A stretch of 59,660 bases of DNA, filler included, from Porpidia crustulata (Eukaryota): the NCBI GenBank assembly GCA_964255105.1. It is 9 parts of 9 records of this genome, joined end to end, with 100 filler letters (N's around TTAATTAATTAA, not from the genome) between each part and the next. Parts side by side here need not be neighbours in the genome. Positions count along the whole stretch, not along the records: positions 33,247 to 39,780 come from CAXUWE010001514.1; positions 39,881 to 46,409 come from CAXUWE010001515.1; positions 46,510 to 53,036 come from CAXUWE010001516.1; 6 more parts are not named here. One strand, 5' to 3'. Shown piece by piece: positions 34,808 through 49,425 of this stretch. Under the pieces are notes generated by a model. It searched no databases. It was not told the origin of the DNA and saw only the letters and a program-made list of their open reading frames with translations. The position numbers and the translations under genes were made by a program. Each line of letters opens with the position of its first letter. The first letter of the stretch is position 1.

Positions 34808-37800
34808 ATGATGTCGACCTCATCTGCGAGCCAGCAAAATCTGGCTTCAGGATTGGAAAAGACAAATGGAATTAACGGCCAGCATAGAGATGACCCTTTT
34901 ACGAACACGCCTCAGCCCCAAAATCAGCAATCGCATCGGTATTCATTATTCGATACACAGATGTTCGCTTTAAACCATCCATCCGCTTCACCATCACAAG
35001 CAAAACGTGCGCTCGAGGCACACCTAGCTGAGACAGAGCGAAGGCTACAGGAAGCCTCAAAGCTTGGGACCGCTCTTGTGCAGCAGCGCAAAAACATCAC
35101 GGATAGGATACGGGATGTAGACGCACGTCAACAAGATGGAGAAATAGGCCCTGAGCTACGGCAAAAGTTGGTTGACATCGAGAAAGAATACAACGAGGTT
35201 GGTCGGGAAAGCGCAAGAGCATCTTTGGCTCCGAAGGCGGATATGAGACCATCAGCGGACGGTGTCATAACCGCGAGTCCATCGAAATTCTCCAGTGAAG
35301 CTACCGACTCGCCTTCTAAACTCAACGTTCCGAGAAAGCAGCGGAACTCGAATTCGAAATCCGTACACAACATTGAATTTGCGGCTGAGATCAGCACGTC
35401 GCTCTTGGCGCAAGTCAGGCAGCTGCAAGGGCTGCTTGCCGAACGGGATGAAGCTTCAAAGACGAGTGCCTCAAAGGTGGCTCAATTAGAGCAGGAGGTG
35501 GAGGGACTTTCCCAGCGTCTGAAACACTTGGACGAGAGTGAGCAGCGCTACAAGGACGAAAATTGGAACCTGGAGACACAGATCCATGAGATGATGGCAG
35601 CGACAAAAGATGCGGCAAGTAGAGAGCAGAAGCTGCAGCAAACATTGGCCATGACAACTTCGGAGAAGACCACTGCACAAAGGGAGTTGGATGATCTGAA
35701 ACAGAGCCACAATAAATTATCTGAAGATCATTCCGCGGCCCGTAAGACCCACGATTCTGAGCTTGCAATATTGCGGAGAAATGTCAATATGGGTGAAACA
35801 GAGAAAGGATCGCTTGAGCGGAAAAATGCCGAGTTGCTATCTCAAAATCAAGAATTAGCGAGGGCGATAGCAACTCATATGAGGGGCGAAGATGCGGAAC
35901 CATCGAAGGACCATGGCATAGAATCTGAGGATTTTCCGATGGACCGTTCAGATAGAGAACATTCTCCTCCCCCCTCTCCTACGAAAGGCATGCCTCGGCA
36001 GTCAATGCTCGAGTCGGAAACGCTCAAGAGCTCGCTACACCACGCTCATCGAATGATCCAAAGTCTCAAGAGTAATGTTCATCGAGAAAAGTCCGAGAAG
36101 CAGGATCTAAAGCGGCTTTTGCAGGAAGCCAGAGACGAGCTGGAAGTGCGGAGAAGCGAGGGCGGCGTATCTAATCATGAAGCGAAACGTCTAAAATCCA
36201 AGTCACAACAAGATTTGGGCAAGAAATCAGTCCGACCTAATATGTTGGGTGCTGGTCGCAACGGTAGGACTGATGTTATGGTTGATGAAGCCGACTGGGA
36301 AGACCACAATGGCGAAAGTCCTCGGCGTTTTCTTGGAGTCAGACCACCTGGAGCTGTTCGCGCTGGTACTGGTCTTACTGATGCTAGCGACGCCTATCTA
36401 ACAGCCAATGAGACTGAAGATGCTTTCGAGACGGCCAACGAGCGTGACTCTGCAACCGAAAGCGAGGCTTTTGAGACTGGTGCTGAAAGCATAGCCGCAG
36501 AAAGCAGCGACGAAATGACAGAGACTGAGGAAGGTGTTGCACGTCATGGAACAATGCGTGGCAAGAAGTCGTCGTCATTGACAAATTCGAAGCCTGGCGA
36601 TAGAACATCCTTCCTAAGTACGGCATCCATCTCTGAAGATGACGACGATGTCAAACCCATGACTCCGACACAAGCCCAGCCGCAGCGCTATCGGCTTAAA
36701 CTCAATCGTGGCTCCCGTCGATCACGACTCGGAAGTGAACCGATTAGCAGCAATCCTTCGACCACTAAGAATTCTCCCGCCAGCTTTCTTGGTAATGAAG
36801 GTCAACCTAGCCAGAGCTTATTTGCGGAGCTAGGTGACCTAGATAGCCGGGAAAGCTCTCCAGAACTTGAGGGAACGCCTAGTAGACATCTGAGCTCGCA
36901 GCGATCCACACCAAGCTTGACACGGAACTCGAGTTCCCGCAGGTCAACATCGGAATCGAGGAGGAGCATCAGCTCGCAACGATCTACACCTGCCGTGAGA
37001 CCAACCACTGTGATATACTCTTCGAATGGCCCACCGGTGCCTCGATTACCGCCGATTGACTCAGGTATGATGACTGACCCATGGGAGCCTAGTCAGTCTA
37101 CAGGTGGCCCCACGAATCCAGGTGCCGCGATTCTCGGTGCACACCCGAGTGTTACGAAAGAAAGCATGAATCATTCGACCACTCGAGGAGCACCGGCTAC
37201 TCCCCTGAATAAGAGCATTGACTTGAATTCCGCGACTGGCCCTGATTCAGCTCAAACATCAACAACCCCAACATCCCTTCCTCGTCCCGTATGGGATCAG
37301 CCTCTGCATCTCATCTCTAGTATGATACCTACGTTTGGACCCCTATCAAACACACCTTCATCTTCAAAGTCTACTATATCCAAAGACATCTCAACTCAAG
37401 GAACTCCCACCCATGCTCCTGCTGATCGCCAAACAAGAAGCTATATCGAAACTTCTACACAGGTGTCGCGACCTCAAACGCCAGAGCTACAGCAACATGT
37501 CGTGGCAGATTCACAAGCACAGGCTGTCAGTCCTCTGCGGCAGCTCTCATTGTCGCCTATTCATAGTCTCGAGACTGTCCCGCTTGCTCCAACCCTACCG
37601 CAAACTTCTCCAGAGGCTTCCAGACTAGTCTCGCCAACGGAGACTGTTGTGGCACAGCGTCCACAGGTTGATATCCCGAAAGTCCTGCAACCTTCAGACA
37701 TGGACAAACCGGCCATAGAACCAAAACCTCGAGAGCCTAAATTGCCAACAAGTACCACCGAACGCATTTTGAGCTCTGTTTTTGGTTGGGATGATAGTAC

Positions 37801-39620
37801 TGATTCTCAATCGCCTATTATTGCGGAAGATGAGACAAGCCAGGACTTTGCACCCTTACCGGTCTCAACTAATGTGCATGGCAAGACACCGTTCAAAGAG
37901 GTAAACGCTAATGCAATTGTGCGCGAGCCCACGACAGAGAAAGATCGCAGAAATATATACCAGGCGGATCAAAGCTCACAAACTTTGCTATCTTCTGAAC
38001 AAATTGATCGTATGCTCAAGCAAAAAGACAAGGTACCACCAATAGACACCCAAAAGACGGCTACCGCGTCGATTATGAAGCCGCTATCGGACATAGGTGC
38101 CATGTCACCACCTCTACAAACCAACCGCCTCCAAGATAGCATGGGATCAAGTAAGGTCAAAAGTATTGTGGAAACTAACAGGGAAGCGGCTCCTTTGGTC
38201 AAAACTCCTAAGCGACCTATCAGCACCAGTAGCATACGCTCAAGAACTGGACAGTATCCTCCGTTACCAGCCGACCACCAACAAGCAATCGCTGCTGCTG
38301 CCCAAAGAGCACCCTCGACTGAACCCGGTCAGATGGGACCTCCAATCGCTCCTGCGTCGGCTTACCGACCCACGGGCTCCATGCGTCCTAGGACACCAAG
38401 TAGGCCTCGAACACCGAGTGAGCAACGTGAAGTTCGGAGTCCTTCGACCACTGTTGGGTCGAGGACCGGCACGACACCTCGTGCTCGTTATTCCGCTGCA
38501 AGAAGCCAAATCTCTCGCCGCTCCTCGGTTTCTTCCTTTGCCTCCGAAATAGATGAACGGTTTAATATACGCCTCGACGGTATGCCCATGCCACAAGGCC
38601 TCGAAAGTGGCACAGATCCCCGTATGATCCAAGCAATTACTCAAACCATGATTGGCGAATTCCTTTGGAAATACACCCGCAAAGCCGGCCGCGGCGAGAT
38701 GTCCAATAATCGCCATCGCCGCTTCTTCTGGGTGCACCCCTATACCCGTACACTCTACTGGTCCGATCGCGATCCCTCTACCGCTGGCCGAGCAGAGCTC
38801 AAGGCCAAATCTGTTGCTATTGAAGCTGTAAGAGTCGTCACGGACGATAACCCGATGCCGCCCGGGCTTCATCGCAAATCCCTTGTCATCATCACGCCCG
38901 GACGTTCCGTCAAATTCACCGCCACCACTGGCCAACGCCACGAAACCTGGTTCAACGCCCTCTCGTACCTCCTTCTACGTACTGGTCCCGACGGCTCAAC
39001 CACAGCGAATGGCGACCTCACAGCCGAAGACGTTGCCGAGTTCAACCCAAGCTACGGCAACCGTAGTGCCCGAGGTTCCCGACTCTCCCTCAGCAGTTTC
39101 CGGTCTCAGAAATCAGCGAATGCGCACACCCGCTCACAACTAAGCCAACGGCGATCAGTTGCCCAATTGCAGACGGCGCAAAGTACGGCTGCAAGCAGGA
39201 CCAGCCAGGGACCGAGTAGGACCCACGGCAGTGTCGCGAGCAGGATCAGCGAGTACTGGAGGCCCGTCGCAGCAAGCAAGAGGGGGAGCGTGAGCAGTCG
39301 GCACAGCGGAAGCAGACAAGGACAGGAAGTCGCGGGGAGCGCAACGGGCAGTGTGGCCGACAGCGCGGAGGACCTGAGGACGGCGATTGAGAGAGGCGAG
39401 AGAGCAGGAGCGTTGGAGAACGTGCGGAGTTGTTGCGACGGTGAGTCCTTCCCGACCGCGCCGACGATGTGAATATATGCTGATTCCAGCTTCAGGGAGG
39501 CACGACGTCGGGTCCTTGGCAGCGGGCGGCAGACATTCGCATTCACATACTCACACGCACACACATCATACGGGCACCGCCGGCGCAGCCAGCGGGCGGA
39601 CTTCGAGGGCTGAGGTGTAG
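34808..39620 (+). CDS. apsA: Cortical dynein anchor ApsA/Num1/Mcp5 (coiled coil + C-terminal PH domain); one intron near the 3' end
   Basis: QAKRALEAHLAETERRLQEASKLGTALVQQ, IEFAAEISTSLL, DPRMIQAITQTMIGEFLWKYTRK..HRRFFWVHPYTRTLYWS, LENVRSCCD|GRHDV. Confidence 0.93.
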
Positions 39621-40264
39621 GTGTCGTAGGTTTAGGTTATTGAAGGCGCTAAGCAGTTTTTCGGTTCAATCACACGCACGGGACCCACCCGCTTTCTTGC
39701 GGTGGTTTACAGCTACAACAGCATTGTTCTTTCTTTTCCACCCGCCAAGAATCGTGGCTGCACGGGTCGGAGGGTATTTTNNNNNNNNNNNNNNNNNNNN
39801 NNNNNNNNNNNNNNNNNNNNNNNNTTAATTAATTAANNNNNNNNNNNNNNNNNNNNNNNNNNNNNNNNNNNNNNNNNNNNCTGTTGGTTGATTGGGGATA
39901 ATTTGCCGGAATCGAGGGATTCGAGGACGTATGGACCGCTGCCTTTGGCGTTGATCAAGGGAAAGGTTCTTGCGAGGTGGACTACGAATTGGCGTTTTGG
40001 ATGGATAGAGAATAATCTCAAGCGTGTGGAGGTGGATGCATAGCTATCATAGTATATATCTCTCATGTGTGTTTATTACGCAGCGTGTTGAGTTGGAAAG
40101 TGAGAGGATTGTTGGGATACAGTATGTCGAGGCAAACAAAATGGCCATTTCGGTAAGTATATTGTCAGTAGCGTCCTATTGTCTTACTAATTGCACAGTC
40201 CGTTAGGCGTGTCGTCGAAACTGATTGATTGATGGATACACGGTCATGGCATTTCAAGAGATAG

Positions 40265-43200
40265 CTAACGCTTTAATGTCTTCTGCTTCTCCGCGTCCGT
40301 CACCAATTTCCTACCCCTCACCGCCAACCCCTTCCTCACCCTTACCGCATCCATATACCTCTTCGCCACGTTCTCCTTGTCCGCCAATTCTCCCAGATCT
40401 TCAAGCTCTTCCTCTGTGAATGGCACCCAGAATGGATCTTCGTCAAGCAGCTCAAACCCTTGGAAGACCAATTGCGGGGATGCGGCTCCTGAAGTACGTT
40501 TGCGGATCTCATCACTGAAACCAAAAGACTCGGCGACAGGGAGGACCGAAAGAATGGTGAAGAAGGGTGTGCCTTCTTTTAGGGATTCCGAAACAATGCG
40601 GCCTCGCCGCCGGGTTATGACACCGTAGACACGGCCCAGTACTTCAGCTGGTGGGGTTGTTAGTATGCACTTCAACAAGCATACACGTTTGATGGGTAGA
40701 GCGATACGTACTAGAAGCTTGTATCTCGCATCTATACATGGCAAGAAGTAGTCGCGGACTCCAGTCGAGGAAGCCTTGCCGTATAGATTCCCGTACTAAT
40801 TTGATAGTTTCGCCAGTCAACCGGCCAAGCTTTTCTCGGGCTGACGACTCTTCGTCTGATTGAGCGTTAACGGTCACTTCCTCCAGGAGGACCGCAATTC
40901 CTTGGATTGGCTCATTGCACAACGGGCCCTGCGCGGTGGCTAACTGAAAGGCATAGGAAATCTTGTCAGAGAAATCCCTGGGTGTCAACCTGTCACTAAT
41001 GACTTCTGCATCCGAATTGCTACGAGGGTCGTTCCCCTGGGCTTCATGAAAACTAGTGGAAATATTAGATCCATTCAATGTCTTACACGGGCATTGGGAC
41101 TCTTTACAATTTCTGATCTGTCCCGCTTGCCGTCTTATCGATGAGGACGTTCGGGCCAGTTCTTCGAGGGCCAAATGCAGCTACTTGATCCACTACTTCG
41201 TTCCATTCATCAGCCTGATCTTTGTCCACTGCGAATGCAAAATTCAGCTGTTCCTTGAATTCTGTCAAGGTAAGCTGGCCGGTTTTCGTTAATGCGCCTT
41301 GATCGGTTTCTTCGCTGTCAAGGATTCCTTCATTTCTGTGGGCTGCATCATTTGTCCTCTGCTCATTCTTTCTCCCGGAGTAGAGGCGCCGTATTGCCGC
41401 AGCGTTTCTCTCAAGAAAGGCAGTCACTGCAGAGGGCAACGGTCTGGCCCTCAATCTTATACTGATCTGTCTGGATATTGATGATCCGACGATTGTTCCG
41501 CGTGGCAGGCTCTTGTCTTTCGGCAGTGCCGTTTCTACGGCACTGACTATAGTCTCTCGATATGGGACAATAGGCTCTCCTGCTTGTATCTCACATCGTG
41601 CGAATCTTTCTCGAAGGTCTTTGAGACATCGCTCAAGGTGCAACTCTCCAGCTGTCGCTATCACATGCTCGCCACTTTCGAGCACTTCATATTTTGCACA
41701 AGGATCACTTTGCTCTAGTAAGCGCATCCCACCGATCATTCTTTCAAGATCACCTGGATTTACGGGTTCCAATGCAACACGAACGATAGGTTCACCTCCC
41801 ATGTTTACTCCAGCCAGATTAATACCGCCTTCAAGTTGGCTACAGAGGGTACCCGATTTAAGGATATGGCCTTCAAGTCCGCCGATACCGAATACCACGC
41901 CTGCGGGAACTGATGATAAAGCCTCGAGACCACGGCCCATTAGTAGATATAAACCAGTGATGGTGACTCTCTGCGGTTCAGGCATTGCATGTGGATTCGC
42001 TGGCGAGAATTTTGGGGAAAGAACATAGACAGAGTCTCCCACAGAGATCGTTCCAGAATACAGTCGAGCGAAACCAATGAGATGCTCTGCTTCTCCTTGC
42101 TCTATCGAATCTGTTCCGCTACCCTTACTAGGGTCGTCGAGTGTTGCATTCTTTAACGAGTTTACGGTGCCGTTCAAGTAATCGCTGTTCTCGGTTTCAG
42201 CAGCCGCTCTTACTTTCTCCAGCTCGGCACGTTTCTTCCTTGCCAGATCTCGTGCCTCTTCAGCGGTCAAGATACTACCTCCCTTGCGCTTGTTCTGCGG
42301 TAATTCGCTTGCAGGAACAGAGACCATTTTGCTGACATAGGCAACAACTGGGTCATGCTCGGAAGTCTTCAATTCAATCATAGCTTTTCGAAGAGTCTTG
42401 TCAACGTAATCTGCATCCAGAGAAGCATCAATCATTCCAGGAAGGCGGCTAGCCTGTGCTGCTGGTGGCGCTGGAAGGTATTCAACGACAGAGACGAGGA
42501 TAGCAGTCGAGAGGGGAAGCCAAGCCGCAAACACGGTAGTTAGTATAGCACGTGAATCTTTGGAGCGCAGGATGTGTGAAGGTATTGTTAGAGACAGCGC
42601 TTTAGTGATTTTTTCAACCATGGCCGCATCACTACAGGGAAAGAACGTTAGTTTATAATGACTTGTTCAAGCATATTGCACGGTGGTAGGGTGACTTACC
42701 CCTTCCCATTGTTGCCACCTGTGGTAGCTTCGTACACGGCCCAAATGTTGTCCAGTACCAGTTGTACAAACATTGGCTTTAGTGCTCTTCCCTTTATGTG
42801 TTTTGACCCAAGTACTCGTTTGGTTTTCGGTTCCAGGTAAAATTCTCCCCAGAGCACCTTTTCCAGGATGGAACGCTTCATGCCTAATTTTTTCTCATAC
42901 AATGATGCGAACTGCCGAACAGTAAATGCCCAGCCATCGGTGGCACTGCTGAATATAACATTATTCTTTTCGGGAGCAAAGTACAGGTCCTCGTCATCTT
43001 TCTCCTCAAACTCGCCGTTGGCACTGCTTACCGCCATGCTTTCGACATCATCTGGTCTGGAGCCGTTTGCCTGTTCGGTAGCTTCACGCTCTGCCCTCTC
43101 CTGTTCTTTAGCTGCGGCAGCAGCAACATGTTCTTCCACTCGTTCTCTCCACTGGAGATCTTCTTCCATTCTTTCGCCCTGATAGAAGCTTCCGATCACT

Positions 43201-43863
43201 GCATTGACTTGCTCAAGCAGCTGACTCATGTGAACATACGCCTCCCCTGCGCTCATTTTTAATTCTGTGATTAAGCGGTCAATCTTATTGATGACCAAAA
43301 TCGGCTTCAAACGCTCAGTCCAGGTCTGACGAAGAACGGTCACGGTCTGACTGCAAACGCCTTCGACTGCATCCACAAGAACCAGGGCGCCATCACACAG
43401 CCGTGAAGCCGTTGAGACCTCACTACTAAAGTCAACATGACCAGGCGAGTCAATCAAATTGATCAAAAATTCCTTCTGAATGGGATCGACTTCCGGAGAA
43501 GAACGTCGTAGCATAGAGAAGTAAAGAGAAATGGCGGAGGATTCCATGGTAATGCCTCGTAGCTGTTCATCAGGCCGAGAATCCAAGTACCTGATTTTTC
43601 CAGCAAGCTTGGGAGAGATAATGCCATTGGTGGCAATAAGTGCGTCGGTGAGAGATGTTTTGCCATGGTCCTAGAAGATCAGAGTGTGCACGAGTAGCTC
43701 ACTGAAAAGGACTCACGACGTGTGCAAGGATACAGATCTGAAAGTTGTTCGATCAGCACCTGGCCCATAATCCTGTATAATTCAAGCACAGTAGACGCAC
43801 GTTTCTGACTTCATCTGCATTGCGCTGTAGGCCTATCAACTTCTCTGTATTGACAACAGGCAT
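40265..43863 (-). CDS. RIA1: Ribosome maturation GTPase Efl1/Ria1 (EF-2-like), multi-exon including a 21-nt microexon at 43717-43737
   Basis: [91 protein letters not shown]. Confidence 0.95.
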
Positions 43864-44472
43864 TTCGTGAGATATGTAGTTTTCTCATGCTATTTAACAA
43901 TACCAACGACGTTGATGAAAATATAGATGTGCTGAAGTATCACAGTTGAATTTTATGATTCATAACCAATAGAATTCCGCCTAGTCACGAGCTACTGAGT
44001 CGCCAGTCATAATAGTCAGAGATGTTTGGAGGGAAATTCTTGATAGGTAGCTATTGCTTTACAAGCTTCAACGAACCAGTACAGATAGGTATAGATATCT
44101 TTTCTAAATTAGACGATATCTAAAGAAAATTCTTTGGTGGCAGAAGGGCTCGTTTCAGGTGGGTTGATTGGTGATCGTCCTCCGGTTTCAGTTATAGAAA
44201 AGGACCTATCCAGGCTCTCCAGGCCGTGTGGCTGTCCAGGGTTTCCGGTTAAGGCTCAAGTACAGTTCTAAGCGGGGAAATCCATGTTTCCCATTTGCAG
44301 CCGCGGGGTGACCCCCGACTCTCCACTAGAGGTAGTCACTCACTAGGTGCCTCCTACAAATGCTGATTTCCATCTAACTAGTTCTTTTCTCCTGCACTCG
44401 AAAACCCTCCTTTGATCATTCACAACTTTCGTCGTACACCAACCCTGTGGATAATCTTCAGCATTTCCCATC

Positions 44473-45779
44473 ATGGCGGCTTTGCTCTCGCCACAAAAGC
44501 TGCTGCCAACCAGCTCACAGCCGAAAGAAATCCAGCGAATGGGAAATTCTAGCTTACCCCCACTATCGTTCGCGCACGTACAGCAGGCTGCCCCTGGTGT
44601 ACGGAATGGCCACCTTAGTCTTGGCTCTTTCTCGCCCGTGAATCAGAACGGAAGCTTCGAATTCGACCGAGTGCTTAAAAGTGGGGAGGTGGTGAAGCGC
44701 ACGAGGAAGACCAAAGTAATACACTCCAAAGCCAAATCTGTACTTTGCTAAGCGTAGATCTGTAGCAATGGAAAAGCTTCTATTTGGTCCTTCGTCCAAA
44801 CCTTCTCTCAATCTACAAAAATTCGTCAGAAGAGCGCTTGCACAAGCAAATCAGCCTTTCCGACCTTACGGCTGTTGCATACCTCAAAGATCCCAAGGGC
44901 AGGCGAGAGCATGTCTTCGGCTTGTTCTCACCCGAAAGGAATTTCCACTTCCAGGCTAGAGATGAGAAAGACGCTCGCGCGTGGGTGGAGCTCATCAAGC
45001 ATGAAGCCCGCATAGATGAACAACGGGGAATGGTCCTTGGAAGCTCCGTGGCGACTACAACAGGCCAGGAACAACATTTCCCACACGGGGATGAAAATGA
45101 TAAATGGGAGACAGATCGCTTCGGCTCTAGTTCTCCAGAGCCAGTCGAGAGGACAGTAAGAACCTCAAAAGCAAGAGATGGTATCCGGGTGCCCGTGATC
45201 GGGAGACCTTCTACGGGCAATCTAGAATATTCTGGCGACGACCAAGGCCTCAATTCTGACTTTTCTGACACGCCGCCTCCGCAGAGCTATAGCGACCCAT
45301 CATTCGGCTCCTTCGTCCATCGCAAATTGCGTGGGGTCTCAGCAACACATGATCCCCAGAATCCAACGCAACCAATGCACCCAGGATCCACCCGCAACGC
45401 CAGCCAAATGAGCGGCTTCCACGTCGACCACGACGACGAACGGGTGATATGGCACGGATACCTCTTATGTCTCAAATCAAAAGGGGGCGTCCGACAGTGG
45501 AAAAAGTTGTGGGCCGTGCTTCGCCCCAAGAACCTCGCATTCTACAAGAACGAAGAGGAATACGCCGCCCGCCTCATCATCCCCCTGTCCAACATGATCG
45601 ACGCCGTGGAGATCGACCCGGTATCGAGAACCAAATTCCACTGCATGCAGATCATAGACGAAGAGAAGAGCTATCGCTTCTGTGCGCCGAGCGAGGAGGC
45701 TTTGGCACGATGGCTTGGGGCGCTGAAGAGTCAGCTTGCGAGGCGGAAAGAGAATGCGGCGAAGAAGAATAAAGCGTAA
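44473..45779 (+). CDS. Dual PH-domain protein (Opy1-like); two exons
   Basis: FSPVNQNGSFEFDRVLKSGEVVKRTRKTK|QWKSFYLVLRPNLLSIYK; second PH domain WHGYLLCLKSKGGVRQWKKLWAVLRPKNLAFYKNEEEY..LARWLGALKS. Confidence 0.85.
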
Positions 45780-47371
45780 TGAAAAAAATTCCATATCCAG
45801 AGACTTCAAGACGCCGAAAGGGCTGTTTGGTTCTACATTGCTCAATGGCGAGACACGTCTCGCATCAAGCCCAACGAACACTGATTGTTTTAGCGACCAG
45901 CAGCGGTGATCTTAAGTCCACTTTTTCAAAACTGACATCCGCGACAATGTATCAAACTCTGTTGATGCTTGCTTGGGTCAGTAGTCATGCCAAAGCGCCG
46001 AATAGAGCTCGCTGACGATCATCCAGACTCCCGTATGACAGGAAGCGCTCATCATATTAGCCACAACGCCGTAGACCAAGCTCCTTCGGGAAGACTCGGC
46101 GCGAGCTTTTGTTCAGCCTTCCTTCGTACCTCGAGGACGTGGAAGTATTAGCTAGTGTATGAGATCGTCGATCTGAACAGGAAAGCCATGGCCATCTTAT
46201 CCACTCTTCTCCTTTTCTCATGATCGCACCCGACTATCTATGGTACATACATACGTCCGTCCCGCCCGCCCGGCGCCAGAAGGAAGCGGAGTAGAGGTTT
46301 GGGACGGGATAGCTAGAAGAGAGAGGCCGCGCAGTGTACAATCGAAAAGAATCCCATCCTACAACCTTGCACCGAAGATGCCTCGCCGCTGTACAAAACC
46401 ATGCAATGCNNNNNNNNNNNNNNNNNNNNNNNNNNNNNNNNNNNNNNNNNNNNTTAATTAATTAANNNNNNNNNNNNNNNNNNNNNNNNNNNNNNNNNNN
46501 NNNNNNNNNCATACGGCCAGTCGTTCTTCAGGATTTTGTAATCTTCGGGATTTGCGAAAGGGGTGGGATTGCGGCAGAGGAAGTTGGGGCCTAGGTCTGG
46601 GGACGAGGAAGAGGGGAGGGGTTCCCAGTGTAAGCGTTGTTTGAGGATGAAATTGATTATGGAGCCGTGTTGGGCTTTGATTTGTTCGGTCCAGATTTTG
46701 TAGCGGAACAGGTCTGATGGGTAGCGGTCTAATAGGCCTAAGTTGTTGGTGTCTGGTTGGGGTTAGAGAAGAGATTATGTTTCGAGTGGTATTGTCATGC
46801 TTATGGCGTGTTTTAGTTTTTCCCATGTATGGACCTGATATTCCTCGTCTTTTTGGCTTAGGTGTTGACGATCTTTCTCATCTAAAATTATACCTCGAGA
46901 CTCGAGATCTGACGCCGGCGGCATTGCAGGGTGGAAGTACCAGTAAGGGGAAAGACTGAGGATCAGAAAAATTCATCTAAAATTGAAGCAATGCTGTAAG
47001 CGCTTGATCTAAAACACGTGCAATCTATATGGTTCATCCAAAATCAAAAAAGTGATCCCAATTACCAACTGTTGCGAAAGAATGGAAGTATATAAATGGA
47101 AATATGCATCCAACGAAGCGACGCCAAAAGTCATTAGATGACTCCGATGGGCTTTTATCGCTTAAATGGTCTAATGACTTTTAAACCCCCTTCGAGGATT
47201 GATTGCATAGGGCGCGCTTATCGATTAGAGAGCATGCAGGGATGGTTCACTCCGAAATATTCGGAAGCTAAGACTTTGTTGAGGACTCGAAGACTCGAGA
47301 CTATACCAAAGTACAAAGATTTCCATTGCATCGGTCTCTCTTAATCAGCCTTTATCACTGTGAATAGGAGA

Positions 47372-48501
47372 ATGATTTCAACTCATCAAACAAGATCCGC
47401 CACTCTTCTCTCACCCCAATACATCAATGGTGTCTATATCCCGTCGGGGCTTTTACTCGTCGGTGTAGCCATCGTGAAAATAGAATGGCTCCCCTATGCA
47501 GCGTTGCTGGCTACATTTCTCGGAGCATGGAAGGTGTATAATAATCGTGAGTTTCTCAGCTTCTGTCGGCCGAATTCAATTGATCTTTTGAAAGTAGCTA
47601 ATATAGGTGTGCATTACAGGAGCCAAGAAAGTTCTAAAACCAGACGTCTACCAAGAATTCCCCCTCACAGAAAAGACCGTTTTGTCGCACAATGTCGCTA
47701 TGTAAGCGAAGCAGATTTCCGAGATATTCCGGGCTAACCGAAGCTGCGTAGCTACCGGTTTGATCTACCAAAATCCACAGATATATTAGGCCTGCCTATC
47801 GGCCAACACATGTCTGTGGCAGCGGCAATCGAAGGCCAGCCAAACGAAGTTGTTCGGTCATATACCCCGATCTCCGGAGACGAAAATCCAGGCTACTTTG
47901 AATTCCTTATAAAATCCTATCCCACGGGTAACATCTCCAAACACATGGGGACGCTTAAGATTGGACAAACACTCAAAGTCAAGGGCCCCAGGGGTGCGAT
48001 GGTGTATGCCCCAGGTCTGGTTCGACGTTTTGGTATGATCGCTGGTGGAACTGGTATTACTCCAATGTTGCAAATCATCAAGGCAATTATCAGAGGAAGG
48101 CCAAGAAACGGCGGGAAAGATATAACAGTGATTGATTTACTTTTCGCAAATGTTAATTTCGAGGACATCTTATTAAAGGACGACTTGGACGCACTTGCGA
48201 AAGAAGATGAGGGATTCCGAGTTCATTATGTTCTGAACAATCCTCCGAAGAAATGGGATGGTGGAGTAGGTTTCGCTACACCCGAGATGATCAAGGTATG
48301 TCAAATCTGTAGGACATGGATAATAATTGTTTAGATACTGACACGATTTAGGCCAAGCTACCTGCGCCAGCCCACGATATCAAGATTCTCATCTGTGGCC
48401 CTCCACCCATGGTCAGCGCCATGAAGAAAGCAACAGAGTCTCTGGGCTACGATAAACCCAGACCTGTCAGTAAGATTACTGATCAGGTATTTTGTTTCTG
48501 A
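47372..48501 (+). CDS. CBR1: NADH-cytochrome b5 reductase, multi-exon
   Basis: N-terminal membrane anchor; [65 protein letters not shown]. Confidence 0.93.
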
Positions 48502-48844
48502 TCCTGCTATTCTTGTAATTCTTGGAAGGCTTTGAATTCTCGAAGAATATGAAGTGATGGCCGAGTCTGCTTTGTAGAAGTGTTAGGCGTTTGTGATAAG
48601 GCATTGGCTTTTATTCTACTCGTTAATAGATTTAAGCTTCAAGCCAAGGGACGCGAATGCTTCGCGACTTCGAAACGCACTTTGGGCTTAAATTGTAGAT
48701 AGATGGTTCCATCACACATCGGTTCAACACTGCCATCTGGTTGGATCCCAAGCGTTGTTAGTGGTGCCTCTTCTGGATGGTACTATTGATGTCCGTCCAC
48801 CACTGTCCATCATCGTCCATAATCATACCACACTCGGAAGTCTT

Positions 48845-49425
48845 TTATCGATATTGGACTTTTTGACCTCCACGTTTATCCAATTTTGCCTGCCTCTTGC
48901 TAGGAGCGCTCTCGTTTGCCACTTCTTTCCCAGCTTGTGGTCCCGCCATGCTCTGTCTGATCCCACCAAAGGTGGTCCATGCGAGCCAAACGGAATATGA
49001 CGGAATGACAATCCACATCCACCATGCTCTGTTTCCAAACAAGCTCGCTACGCTTGTACACCCCCAGGACCAATACAATACGTCCCACATGTACTCTGTC
49101 AGGCCCTGGGCTTCTAGGTCTTCTCCAGACTTTTTGAGCTCTCCATTCTGGGCAATGGTGGGTCGCCCTATCATCTCCAGCCAGAATTCTATGACGATAG
49201 CTGGTACTGATAGTACAAAGTAAAGAATGTACGTGGCGCGAGTGTTCGAAGCTCGGAAAATTACAAATCGTAATAAAATGAAAACGGCGTTGACTCCCAG
49301 GGATATCAGGTGCGCGCGGTTGAGAATTGCGGTATTCCGCGATGCTTGCTGTTTTGCAGCTTTCTATACATGAAGGTTAGTACTCAGTCGTTTCAGATAT
49401 GCTTTTCACCGCTTACCTGCGCCAT
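48845..49425 (-). CDS. SND2: SRP-independent targeting protein Snd2 / TMEM208 (DUF788); 9-nt first exon (MAQ)
   Basis: MAQ|KAAKQQASRN..GRPT..KSGEDLEAQGLTEYMWDVLYWSW..SKRQAKLDKRGGQKVQYR. Confidence 0.88.
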
